In this document: positions 53,701 to 64,000 of the stretch, piece after piece
Position numbering within the stretch: the first letter of the stretch is position 1
Layout: the number at the start of each line of letters is the position of its first letter
Source: Mesotaenium endlicherianum
Lineage: Eukaryota
DNA length: 64,000 nucleotides
Direction of reading: 5' to 3'
Assembly: GCA_009602735.1 (NCBI GenBank)
Contig: WELA01001939.1
Coordinates: 43,526 to 107,525, forward strand
Translations under genes and position numbers: made by a program
The notes under the pieces: model-generated
What the model was told of the DNA's origin: nothing
What the model saw: only the letters and a program-made list of their open reading frames with translations
Databases searched by the model: none

Positions 53701-55825
53701 AAAGAGCTCGCCCCCCTCGCTCACGGAAGCAAAAGGGTGAGAGAGAGGGCATGCATCCAGACGCTCAACTAAGAGGGCTAGGGAGAGGGCGAGGGAAGCG
53801 GAGAGGGGGGAAGAGTGGGGCAGAAAGCGGCAGGCTGTGTGCACTCACCGGGTGCCGGTCATATCCACGCCAGCTGGCGGCAGGGTGACCGCGTGGCTTG
53901 CATGGCAAGGGCCACGCAGGCGTGCACCCCAAGGCCTGCGATGCCTTGTCCTCAGGTGCAGCATGTGGGGAGGCCTTGATGCCAAGCTGCGCCCTGGCCA
54001 TCTTCCCACTTCTTGCATCCTCCCTGACATGCCACCTGATATTTCTGCAGCTCCGGGGGACTTGCATGCCGATCTGCTGAAGTGTCCTTAACCCAGACAA
54101 ATTCTTGCCAGGTGGCGCTGGCGGGACAAATCGTGCCCTTTAAACCCTATACACTCTCTTTCCCTACCCGCTCTGCATAACCCCATGGGGTCTCTTGCAG
54201 GCCCGTGCTCTCCATACCACTCCCCATTCCTGCAACATTGTAGACTAGAGGGGGGCCCTGTTAGTATTGATAGGAGGCGGGCAGGAAGTTGAAGCCCAAT
54301 TGAAGCTTAAAGCCCACCCCACGATCTCATCTCCACCCCGCCTGGTTTTGCCAGATGCCCACCAGGGCCCCACAAAGAACTCCCACAAAGACAGGGGGGA
54401 ATAGAGAGAGAGAGAGAGAGGGGGGGAATGTGGGGGGACGGAGAGTGAGGAAGACCTGACGGGGTTGCAACGCAGCACCTCCGCAAACAACATGGAGGGC
54501 ACCTTCTTGCGCAAGTTGAGCAGCAGCAGCTCGTCCTCCTGCACGTGCACGATGCAAAACAGCCCCTTGCCTTTGAGGAAGCACACGCCTGCCCCCCCCA
54601 CCCCCATGTTGGGGCACACATAGACACCCACCCCCATGTCTGCACACACATAGACACACGTAAGACAGCATGCCCTCCGTCCGGTGCCCCCTTCCCTTTC
54701 GTCTTCAGTACTCCTCACTCTCCTTGGCTAGCTTGCTGCCCCTGCCTCATCCACCCTCATCCATATCTCCAAGCGTTTGTCTGCTTTTGACAAAAAGCGA
54801 GAGACTTCAACTGATAGAGTGTAAGACCTTAAGAATATCAATTGTGAGCTAAGTTAGCTGACGTTCCTCAGTACGCTGCTTGATTGACGGGCATGCACTT
54901 GCACAATTTCATGCCTTGACTTGCTCAAAATGCAGAGGTTTCTAAACTAGCTCTGTGAGGAAAGTAATCGCGGGTTCTACTTACAGGTAAAATCAACCTT
55001 GGCCCAAGACGAAGTAGTCTATTGGCCGTATCAGCCTTTTCTTAAACCCTTTCTTATGTTGTACATGCTTTGTGGCTGATAAACAACACTCATGCTCAAA
55101 ATACGTTAATTTGTACTCCTCACATCGGAGAACTATTCGTTTGACACTTAACCGTGACCTCAGAAGGGATGCTCACTCCGTGAGACAAGAGTAGTGCCAT
55201 GTCTGACAGGGTCAGAGAACGGACAAGGAGGGGGTCCCGCCTCTCAGTTGCATGTGACCTGGCCTTCGAGCCTTACCATAATAGCCGTTTCTAGCCCCTG
55301 TCGGCAATCGTAGAAAAGCCCATCGGCGCGAGAGACATTCGAACTTCAAACCTTTCCAAGCGCCAACCGCGTATAATGTCGTTACTTTGCACCAAATTTC
55401 ACCCCCCCAACATTGCTCGTAAAGACTTGTCGCTCGTTTTCAAGAGACAAGCATACAATGCCAGAAGTAGCCTGTCCCGTCTCGACTATTAGGTAATGGG
55501 CAAGTTATATGAACTCTCACCAACTGGTAGCAAGCAGTGGTAGATGGGTTCTCGTTTGCCAAAGCAAGCAAAACGCATTGACACTGAAGATCTTGCCCTT
55601 GCTGCCGAAAGTTTGTCAATTCATTATTTTAGCCCCGTCGCACGGAGGCAACCTGAAACTTCAAAAATAAAAAGCTTAACTTGCGGACTAAACGGGCGTC
55701 GGACGGCGTCGAGGCCCAGTCCGCACGTGTCTAAAAGGGTACGCACGCTTAGTACGTGCGTACCGACTCAGTACGTTTAATTAAGCGTACGAAGGTCGGC
55801 CAGTACGGCGTACGGCGTAACCCTG
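50758..55825 (-). mobile_element. Non-autonomous Pack-type hAT element, 5068 bp, carrying host gene fragments
   Basis: TIRs CGGGGTTACGCCGTACGC / GCGTACGGCGTAACCCTG. Perfect 8-bp TSD CTCGGTTA (50750-50757 and 55826-55833). The 55740-55825 end matches ~85 bp of the 45484 end. No transposase inside. Confidence 0.9.
52680..52827 (-). pseudogene. Captured RWP-RK transcription factor exon (frameshifted)
   Basis: cag|REHTGKLAMGNLAQHFHLPINAVAKALGICPTMLK..CQRNGTRLGPHYK|gt versus the RWP-RK consensus RERTGKL..YFHLPI.EAAK.LG.CPT.LKK.CR..G..RWPHRK. Confidence 0.85.
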
Positions 55826-56578
55826 CTCGGTTAACCAAATCCACCGCCATCTTTCATCATCCCAAATCGCCATTCATCATAGGGATGTCATCTGGCCATC
55901 CCTCTAGCATACCACACTTAGATGTATATCGAGGCAGTTCGCTGCTATCGAGTACGGAAGTCAGCTGGCTGTCAAAGAATGTGTCAGCAAGCTGACTTAA
56001 GTTGACTTCAGCCTGCTACTTAAGTTGACTTCAGCCTGCTGCTTCCGGCTGAGTCTTTAAATTGATAATTATATAAAGTCCAGCAGACTCAATACTACAT
56101 AAAGTTCAGCAGGCTGAACGTAATCAACTATTATATTTAAATGAATATTATACCTACCAATATACTGATTCATTACACCCTTGCTTGCTGCTGTTGGGGC
56201 TGGCGACTAGCCCATGCTTGCTATTTTAGGGTTTTGTTGGGGCGGGCTTGCTTGCTATTTTAGGGTCTTAGTTGGGGCTGGCTGTTGGCGTGCTTGCTCC
56301 TGTCGGGGCTGGCAGCCAACTCTGTGCGTGCTCCTATGAGGGCTGGCTGCCAGCCCTGTGCTTGCTGCTGTCAGGGCTGGCCACCAGCCCCTTGCTCGCT
56401 GTTTTAGGGTTGTAGTTGGGGCGGGCTGCCTGCCCCTTGCTTGCTTTTGTTGGGGTTGCCTGCTCTCGTGTTTGCCTATTGTTACGCTTTTGCTTGTTTA
56501 AATGGCATTTGAATGGCATCTTATTATGTCTCTTACAAGTTGTTACTGTACTTCATTATTGCAGGTTTCACGCGCATC

Positions 56579-58934
56579 ATGTCTCAACCATGCACTTCGT
56601 CTGGAGCAACGCTTGGTGGAATGAGGGCGTCCACTGCAGCTTTAACCGCTCGTCTTCCCCCTAGGGCAGTTGCTGCAAGGTCTGGTCCAGAGTGGGGCCA
56701 TGTGACCATCATTGTGGAAGCCAAGTCCAAGAATTCAAATCCGAAGGTGAAGTGCAACTACTGCCCCAAGGAGTTTACCGGTGGAGTCAAGCGGATTCGT
56801 GGCCATTTCACAGGAGGCTGTAAGGATGTTAGTTAGTGTGAGGATGTTCCCGGTGAAGTTCTAGTTCTCATGATTAATCGTAGCAACAGTATGGCTAAGT
56901 CTCTATTAGGAACGCGACGTAGGAAGAGTGTCATACAAGCTGCACGAAAGCGCGTGCATGAATGGGGTTGTGCAAGTGCTGGAGAGTCCCCCTCCTTAGG
57001 CAGGGAGTCAGGGCAGACCTCTATAAGTGACATTTTCCAGAAGATGAATGCTGATGCTGTTCATGAGACTGTCGCCCGCTTCTTCTAAGGCACTGATTGC
57101 TCATTCAATGTTGCTTGCAGTGACTTCTTTAGGGACATGTTGGTTGCTGTTAGTAAGTACACCCAAGAAACGGGTCTAGTGTATGTCTCGATGAAGGATA
57201 AGCCTCTCGAAAGTACCCTACTAGATAGAGGCTTGGGAGAAGAAACAAAAAAAGGGACTACCACAGATGGGTTGTAGCATTGTAGCAGATGGGTGGACCG
57301 ATCCATGCGGGCACCCTCTTCTTAACGTGCTTATGGTTGTGGGAGGCACTGAAATGTTCATGGATGCTATCAACACTGAGGGTGGAAGGAAAACGGGTGA
57401 GTATATTGGTAGCCACCTGCTTGCGGCCGTGGAGAAAATAGGGGCCGATCATGTCATACAGCTTTGCATGAACTCTGCAGCTAACATTGTAGCTGGTTGT
57501 AATGTGGTTCGTGAGAAGCACCCGCACATATATTGGACGCCTTGTGCTGCTCATATTTTGGACCTGCTGTTGAAATACATAGGAAAGGTGAAAGAGCTAG
57601 AGGGCATTATTAATAGCTTCAAGCACTTGGTCCAATTTGTTGCAAACCACCTCATGCCTCACGCTCTTTACCATGAGCATGGGGCAAGGCTTGAGAATAA
57701 ACTAGAGTTGTTGAAGCCAGGACCCACGAGGTTTGCTAGTACCTTCTTGTGCTTGCAACGACTCATTGTTGTGAGGGATACCTTACAAGCTATGGTGTCT
57801 GACAGAAGATGGCTTGAGTGGGCGGCAAAGAACGGTTGTGTAGGTGAGGCTACGGAGATTAGAGACCTAGTTCGCGACGATGAACTTCGGGAGCGAGTGA
57901 AGGTATGGGTAGCTGTGTGTGAGCCGATTGTACTTCTCCTTCGACTAGTCGACTCTCCACAACCTTCTCTTGGGAAGATTTAGGCTCGCATGCGTGCCAT
58001 TAAAGAGCATGTGCATGAGGTTGTAGGACTCAAACCAGCACAAATAACCCAAGGTAAGAAGGACGTGAAGGCTCGCTGGGAGCAGCTTCACGGCCCCCCG
58101 CATTCTGCAGATAAAAGTCTATTTTGATGTTGCTCACCTTTTTTGCTTGGCGGCTGGCGTTCTCTTGCATGCTTGTTATTGTGTGCTGGTCATTGTTATT
58201 GTTTTTGTGCTTGCTATTGTCATTGCTCTCTCTTTTGTGAAGTGCATTGTGTTGCAGATACCAAGTTTACTTCTTGACTTTGTTTGACTACAGGCTACTA
58301 TCTGGACCCCGAGTTCCAAGACCATGAGTCTTGGGCAATTGAGAAGTGTCTACTAACCGATTGGTCCAACTTGCGGAATACCCTTGTTGGAGGAAGTGTG
58401 CTTGACCGAGCGTTGGTGGATCGAGAGTTGGCGCTCTACCGACAGAGCGGTGACATTTTTGGCGATGATGTTTGCAAGGCTAATAAGACCATGATGCCTG
58501 CCCACAAGTGGTGGGAAACATACAAAAGTCATTGTCCTAATCTTCAGCTTCTTGCTATGAAAATATTGGCGCAACCCGGTTCAGCAGCTGCATGTGAGAG
58601 AAATTGGTTCGAGTATAGGTTTGTTCATAGTCCACTTCGCAATAGGCTGCTCCCTACTAGAGAAAAGAAGTCAGTGTACGTGCATTCTATGTTGAGACTT
58701 CAGGAGAAGAGTTTGGATTTCCTTGGACCAAGTGTCGGCGTGACTCCATGGGTTGAAGAAGCGGAGTTCTTGGAGACACCTGAAGAGGAGGATCTCAATC
58801 TTGCCATGCATGCCTCGTTGAGTGAGGAAGAGGAGATGGAGGTAGAGGAAGAGGAGGTAGAGGAAGAGGAGGTGGAGGAGAGACCTAATGTTTTCGCTCC
58901 CGTAAGAAGAAGGCCAAGAGCGATTGGTTACTAG
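56579..58934 (+). pseudogene. hAT transposase (BED finger, DUF659-type core, C-terminal dimerisation domain), inactivated
   Basis: Motifs W.HV...KCNYC.KEF.GG..RI..H, GCSIVADGWTD, WTPCAAHILDLLL, TRFAS, HSA|GYYLDP, WW, SAAACERNW, LRNRL. Stops at 56834, 57086 and 57981, plus a frameshift near 57260. Confidence 0.93.
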
Positions 58935-61900
58935 GTGTGCCAATCAGCTAACTTGTATGTACTAGAGGTAGCATGTACATATTAGAGAAAATGGAGGTTG
59001 AGAAAATGAATATACTTGAAATCAATTATGTGTGCCCTATGACTTCATGGAATGTTGTACTTTGTGAATGATTTACATGGTATGGATTACCTTTAACCTC
59101 TTATGCATGCTTGCAAAGAGTATGCATCATCTTTATACTTCTACATTAAAGCTTATTTTACTCGCTTAAGAAGTAATGATGTTCTTATTGAATCAATTAG
59201 CTCAAGGGTTCCTTAGCAAGATTTTTCCAAAAATTAGCGTGTGAATCTTGAATCTCTATCCGACACAATTCTTGATGGTAGTCCATGGAGTCGGAAGATG
59301 TTGTCATAGATGAGTCTTGCAAGTTGTGGTGCTGTAGCTTTAGTCGTCGTGGGAATAAAGTGAGCCATCTTAGTAAGTCTGTCCACCACCGTGAGTATTG
59401 CATTATGGCCTCGAGGTGTCACGGGCAGGTCCACGATAAGGTCCATTGAGATGTCCGTCCATTGTCTTTCGGGGATTGGCAGTGGTTGGAGGAGTCCTCT
59501 CGCCTTTTGTGATGATGGCTTGACTCTTTGGCATGTGTCATAACTCCTGCAGTACTCTTTGACTTGCCTAGACATGCCTGGCCAACAATAAGTCCTGGCT
59601 AGAACGCTTGTGGTCGTTAGGATTCCAAAGTGTCCTCCAAGAGGGTTGTCATGTGCTTCTTGTAGAAGCAAGAGCCGGAGGTCTAAGTCATCACGAACAC
59701 ATTGCTGGCGCGTGTGTTGCCTCACCCAATAATTGCCTTCTTGCTTCTTGTACGGGTCCAAGGCTACTTCTCCGTTCTTGTAGTAAGGGTCTCTTTCATA
59801 AGCGGTTGAAAATCGAGCTTCCAGATCTGTCTTCAGGGATGTCATCACTGCATTTAATTGCAGTCGTGAGAGGGGGTGAGCAGGGTTTGTCTTGCCGGGC
59901 TGGTATTGAATCGTGATGTTGTATTGTTGCAAGTATCCGCTCCATCTTGCTTGTCTCCTTGAGAGACACGGCTGCATCTGGAGGTGCTTCAACGCCTCGT
60001 GGTCCGTAGTGACCAGTACCTTGCGTCCTTCAACATAGCAGCGCCAAATCTTGAAGGCATGTACAATCGCCAACGCCTCTCGCTCCGTGGTTGCATAATT
60101 TTGCTCGCCTGGATTTAGCTTCCTTAACTCGTAGGCAATGGGCTACAGTGCCTTGCCTTGGCCTTGAAGCAGGATTGCTCCTATTGCATAGGAAGATGCA
60201 TCGACGATGACGTGGAAGGGCCAATTTGGGTTTGGACTTGGGAGTGTGAGCACCGGGGATGTCGTCAATCTTTGCTTCAGTTGTTGGAATGCTTCCTCCT
60301 CTTTATTGGTCCAAACATATGGCTTGTCTTTCTTCAGTGGATCCGTGACAGGGGCTACTATGTGCGAGAAGCTCTGGATGAATCTCCTGTACCAATTGGC
60401 AAATCCCAAGAATGATTGGAGTTCATTCTTGGTCGTGGGGGTTGGCCATTCCTCCACCACCGTGGTCTTCTTGGGGTCCATCTTGATGCCATCAGCAGTC
60501 ACGTGGAGACCTAGGAACTCCACTTCTTGTGTGGCAAACTCGCACTTTGACTCCTTTGCAAATAGCTTGTTTTGCTTCAATACTTTGAGGACTTCTTTCA
60601 TGGGTCTTGCTGTAGATAAGGATGTCATCGATGAATACCACCACAAATCTGTCCAACATAAGCTGAAATGTGGTGTTCATCATAGTCATGAAAGTTGCTG
60701 GCGCGTTGGTGAGTCCAAATGGCAGGACCATGAACTCAAAATGTCCATATCTTGTCCTGAACACCGTTTTCTCTATGTCAGGTTAAGCGATGCGAATCTG
60801 GTGGTAGCCGCTTTTCAAGTCCACCTTCGTGAAGTACTTGGCTCCAACCAGCCGGTCCATGAGCTCATCCATGCGCGGCAGCGGTATCAAATTCTTGATG
60901 GTGATCTGTTGAGGGCGCGATAGTCCACACATATCCTGAAACTACCGTCCTTTTTGACAAATAGCACCGGGGCTCCAAATGGCGACTTGCTAGGTCGAAT
61001 GAAGCCATGCTCCAGTAGCTCCTTAATTTGCTTCTTGACTTCGTGCAGCTCCGTGTATGACATCTTGAACGTAGGCCGAGAGATGGGCTTGCTTCCGGGC
61101 TCCAACTCTATCTTGTGGTCTACGAATCTCTTGGGGGGTAGGCCCTTGGGCAATTCGGGGGAGAATACTTCTTTGTAGTCCTGCAAGACTTCTTGTATCT
61201 CCTTGGGAAGGGGGTTGCCTTCTTGACTCTCGATGTCTTCCTTGATGTCTTTTGGCGTGATCAAGGCCAAAAGAAGCTCGTGTCCCTTCCTCACAAGTCT
61301 CTTGAGTTGGAGGGCGGACAATAGTATTTGTGTGCCAACTTCTTGACGTCTGGGGTCTGGATATTCTGGATTGCGCGCAAAATACAGATTCTTGAAGTGA
61401 TGTCATTCTTGATCTTGATAGTACCGTCCCTCCAATCAACTTGGGGGTTGTGCTTTGTCAACCAAGGCGTCCCTAGGATGACGTTGTACTTGCCCAATTG
61501 TATGGGGGAAAACACTACTCTATCCTTGAAGGACTTGATAAAGTGCCGAGGGGTACGCACTCTTGGAAGGGGTAGTATAGGAGAATCCGTCAGGCATCAT
61601 AATCTCCTCGTTGTGGTCAAGAGTTCGCATAGTAACACTGTGCTTGGTGGCAAAATCTGCAGCGATGAAATTGCCTTGAGCTCTGCTATCCACCAAGATG
61701 TGGACCTTCTCTCCTCCAAGGTAGCTTTTCAAACTCATTGGGGCTTGAAGGTCGTCTTCAACGGGGGTCTCCACCTCACTTGGCTTGTTGTCTTCTCGTG
61801 AAGTGGGTCTTGGGGTGGTAGGCTCCTGGCCTACAGGCGCTGCCCATTTTTTGACAACTTTTTGGGGAATGAGAGTGCACAATGGCCCTTCTCCTTACAG

Positions 61901-63058
61901 TAAAAGCATAGTCCAGCCGTCATAAGAGCTTCTTTTTCAGCCTAGGAGAGTCTTGCTTTCACTCCTTGCTGGTTTCTTGCATCATAAGTGTCATTGAAGG
62001 GTCTTCCACTCTTCCAGGCAGCTGCGGGGTCCCTTCTAATAACTCCAATTTCCATAGCTGTGGGTCCAGATTCGGATGTGGAAGGGGCTGCAAACACCCG
62101 CGTCGCGGGTGCCCGTGAAGATGATGATACGGAGTGCTTGAAATCCAAGGTATCCATCTTATGAGCCACTTCAATAATATTTGATAAGTCCGTCAAGTCT
62201 CGCAATTCCACTTCCTTTGCCACCTTGGGCTTGAGGCCAGACACATAACGATCAATCTTGTCCTCGAGCGACATGCTGGGGATCTCAAGAGTGAGGTCAT
62301 GAAATCTGGATGTATATTCTTGAACGGGCGTTGTTTGCTTGAGATGGCGAAGCTTTTCTCGAGCAATTTTCTCCGCCTTGATGGGCATGAATTGGTTCTG
62401 GAGGGCTTCACAAAAATCCACTCAAATTCATATGATGGTGGGGCCTCTTGGCCGGGTACGGGATGCGCCACAACTTGATATATAGCCGCTTGATAGTTAC
62501 GCCACCATGATGTTGCTGCTCCTCTGAGCAAGGAAACGGCAAAAGGGACGTCGTTCTCCTCGGGTACTTCAAGGAATGTGAGGTACGTCTCCACTTGGTA
62601 GAGCCACAGATTCAATTTGGTTCCTCTCCCAGGATTGAAAGTGTATGGTTTGCCGAGCTTGATGAGTTTCCTTGCTCTTGTAGGCTCTTGTGGAGGCGCT
62701 TGAGCCGGGGCTGGATTTTGAGCGTTGCTCGCAATAGGGGCAACCATGGCAGCCATAGCTTCTCTTGACGCTTGCACGGTTGCTTCATAGGTGGCCAAAC
62801 CCACTTTGTTGTGGACGGTCATTAGGAAGGCTGCCCACTCATTTGCGAGAACTCCTTGTGGTGGGGTCAACTTTGCTACAGCGGCTGCCATGGAATTTGA
62901 CGGTGCTCCTCCTTGTGGTGCTTCTCGTTGTTGCAGATTTTCTTGAGTGGGCTCTCCCATCGGCGCTGGAGGAGGGTCTCTTGAAGATGAAGTGCTTCCT
63001 TCGAAAGCTTGCTGTTGGTCTTGAGGATCGGCCACTTCTTGTGCTACCAAAGTGCCTA

Positions 63059-63070
63059 GCTCCGATACCA
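63059..63070 (-). promoter_or_regulatory. Primer-binding site for tRNA-iMet (TGGTATCGGAGC)
   Basis: Lies 1 nt after the LTR terminal CA; one mismatch to the canonical TGGTATCAGAGC. Confidence 0.9.
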
Positions 63071-63071
63071 C

Positions 63072-63571
63072 TGTAGTGAAACTAATAGATAAAGTACTTA
63101 ATAAATATATTACTTTATCTATTCAAGACAAGGATCTTTGAACACAAGTGGTAGCTTTTTGAAAGAGAGATGGCTTCTTGAAAATTGAAATATTTCTGGA
63201 ACTTGGCAAGTACAAGAGTGATTCTGGAATATCTTTCTATGTTCTAGCTCTTTTTTATATACTTGCTACATAGGTAATTTCTAAGAAGGTGCATGTTGAT
63301 ATGTTGGCACCCAACACATTTCAAAACTTGCCACCTCTTTCAAAATTATAGTACGCATGTCCTTTTGACTTAAGAATGGCACATTTGACTTTTGCCACAT
63401 GGAGTTCTTCTAGCTCCTTCCTCTAACTTCGAAAATGCCTTCGAAGGTTCAAAGGATGAACCAAGTCACTAGAGTATCTATTCACACTTGACCCCACACA
63501 ATACTACTCCAAATATATTCAAAAGCATTAAAATATATGCAAACTAATATATTATAACTCAAATCACTACA
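63072..63571 (-). repeat. 5' LTR of the Gypsy element, 500 bp
   Basis: Termini TGTAGTGA...TCACTACA; adjacent PBS. Confidence 0.85.
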
Positions 63572-63883
63572 ATGCCATTTTAAGGTCGAAAGGACATGCG
63601 TACATTATTCTAGAAAGAGATGGCAAGTTTTGGGATGTGTTGGGTGCCAACACATCAATATGCACCTTCCTAGAAATCATTTGTGTAGCAAGTATATAAA
63701 TAAGAACTAGAACATAGAAAGACATTGAAGAACACTCTTGTACTTGCCAAACTCCAGGAAATCTATTAACTTTCAAGAAGCTATCTCTCTTTCAAGAAGC
63801 TACCACTTGTGTTTAAAGATCCTTGTCTTGAATAGATGAAGTATCATATTTCACTAAGTACTTTATCTATCTGTATCACTACA
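63572..63883 (+). repeat. 3' part of a same-family LTR in the opposite orientation
   Basis: Its reverse complement aligns with 63072-63382. It ends TCACTACA with no PBS after it. Confidence 0.85.
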
Positions 63884-64000
63884 TAACAAGTTCACAGCTT
63901 TCAACTTGTCCCTTCCTTTTATCTCGATCTGTTCTATCTTAATAAGACTCAGATTAGAACACCATATAATTACATGACCCATGAATAAAAACTTAGAAGG

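Larger units (their letters stand above)
50361..56177. mobile_element. Related solo LTR (~740 bp net), split by the Pack-hAT
   Basis: Same termini TGAAATGAATC/GATTCATTACA. TSD CTCTT/CCCTT (1 mismatch). The rejoined site TGGTAGGACCTCGGTTAACCAAATC resembles TGGTAGGACATCGTTTCACCAAATC in the first LTR. Confidence 0.8.
47360..56470 (+). repeat. GC-rich minisatellite in four blocks (47360-47575, 48030-48358, 49624-50360, 56178-56470)
   Basis: Units such as GGGCGGGCTTGCTTGCTGTTTTAGGGTCTTAGTTGGGGCTGGCTG and GGGGCTGGCTGCCAGCCCC. Confidence 0.85.
45484..59200 (+). mobile_element. Decayed autonomous-type hAT element (left TIR CAGGGTTACGCCGTATGCCGTAC), interrupted by nested insertions; right end not found
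   Basis: CAGGG-starting TIR at 45484. One GGGGCTGGCTGCCAGCCC minisatellite continues across both LTR insertions up to the hAT transposase. Confidence 0.72.
59205..63571 (-). mobile_element. Ty3/Gypsy LTR retrotransposon, frameshifted and truncated inside integrase
   Basis: Gag (63071-61942, knuckle CFYCKEKGH), protease LVDSRA, RT ([20 protein letters not shown]), RNase H (VDASSYAIGA, TDHEAL) and integrase (HDNPLGGH..C, SMDLI, VDRLTK, SDRD), in Gypsy order. Confidence 0.95.

Noticed and set aside
45484..55825. One hAT element bounded by the TIRs at 45484 and 55825
   Set aside because: The flanks differ (CCCTCAAG vs CTCGGTTA). The 55826 flank instead matches 50750-50757, so 55825 pairs with 50758.
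63072..63883. MITE, DIRS-type ITR or a single palindromic LTR
   Set aside because: The PBS at 63070 and the internal LTR end at 63571 favour an ordinary 500-bp LTR next to an inverted partial copy.

Overview
Eukaryotic, intron-rich genomic DNA with GC-rich exons and microsatellite-laden introns; the gene content suggests a green plant or streptophyte alga (inference). The first ~25 kb is host genes: the 3' part of a CRTISO-like FAD oxidoreductase (+), a 2-exon SnoaL/NTF2-like gene (-), a frameshifted F-box/LRR-like gene (+) and a ~15-exon Ig-like/multi-TM membrane protein resembling Arabidopsis At3g48200 (-). The rest is mostly transposons. (i) A 14.96-kb CMC/EnSpm-type element (26089-41051; 13-bp CACTC TIRs, 2-bp TG TSD) carries an apparently intact ~1270-aa transposase, an intact stand-alone HIRAN-domain gene and a divergent accessory gene. 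(ii) A decayed hAT element (from 45484) interrupts a second F-box/LRR-like copy and holds two solo LTRs, one of which contains a 5-kb Pack-type hAT carrying an RWP-RK exon. (iii) A decayed Ty3/Gypsy element has its 5' LTR inserted into an oppositely oriented LTR of its own family. All family assignments come from motif recognition by eye; no database searches were run.
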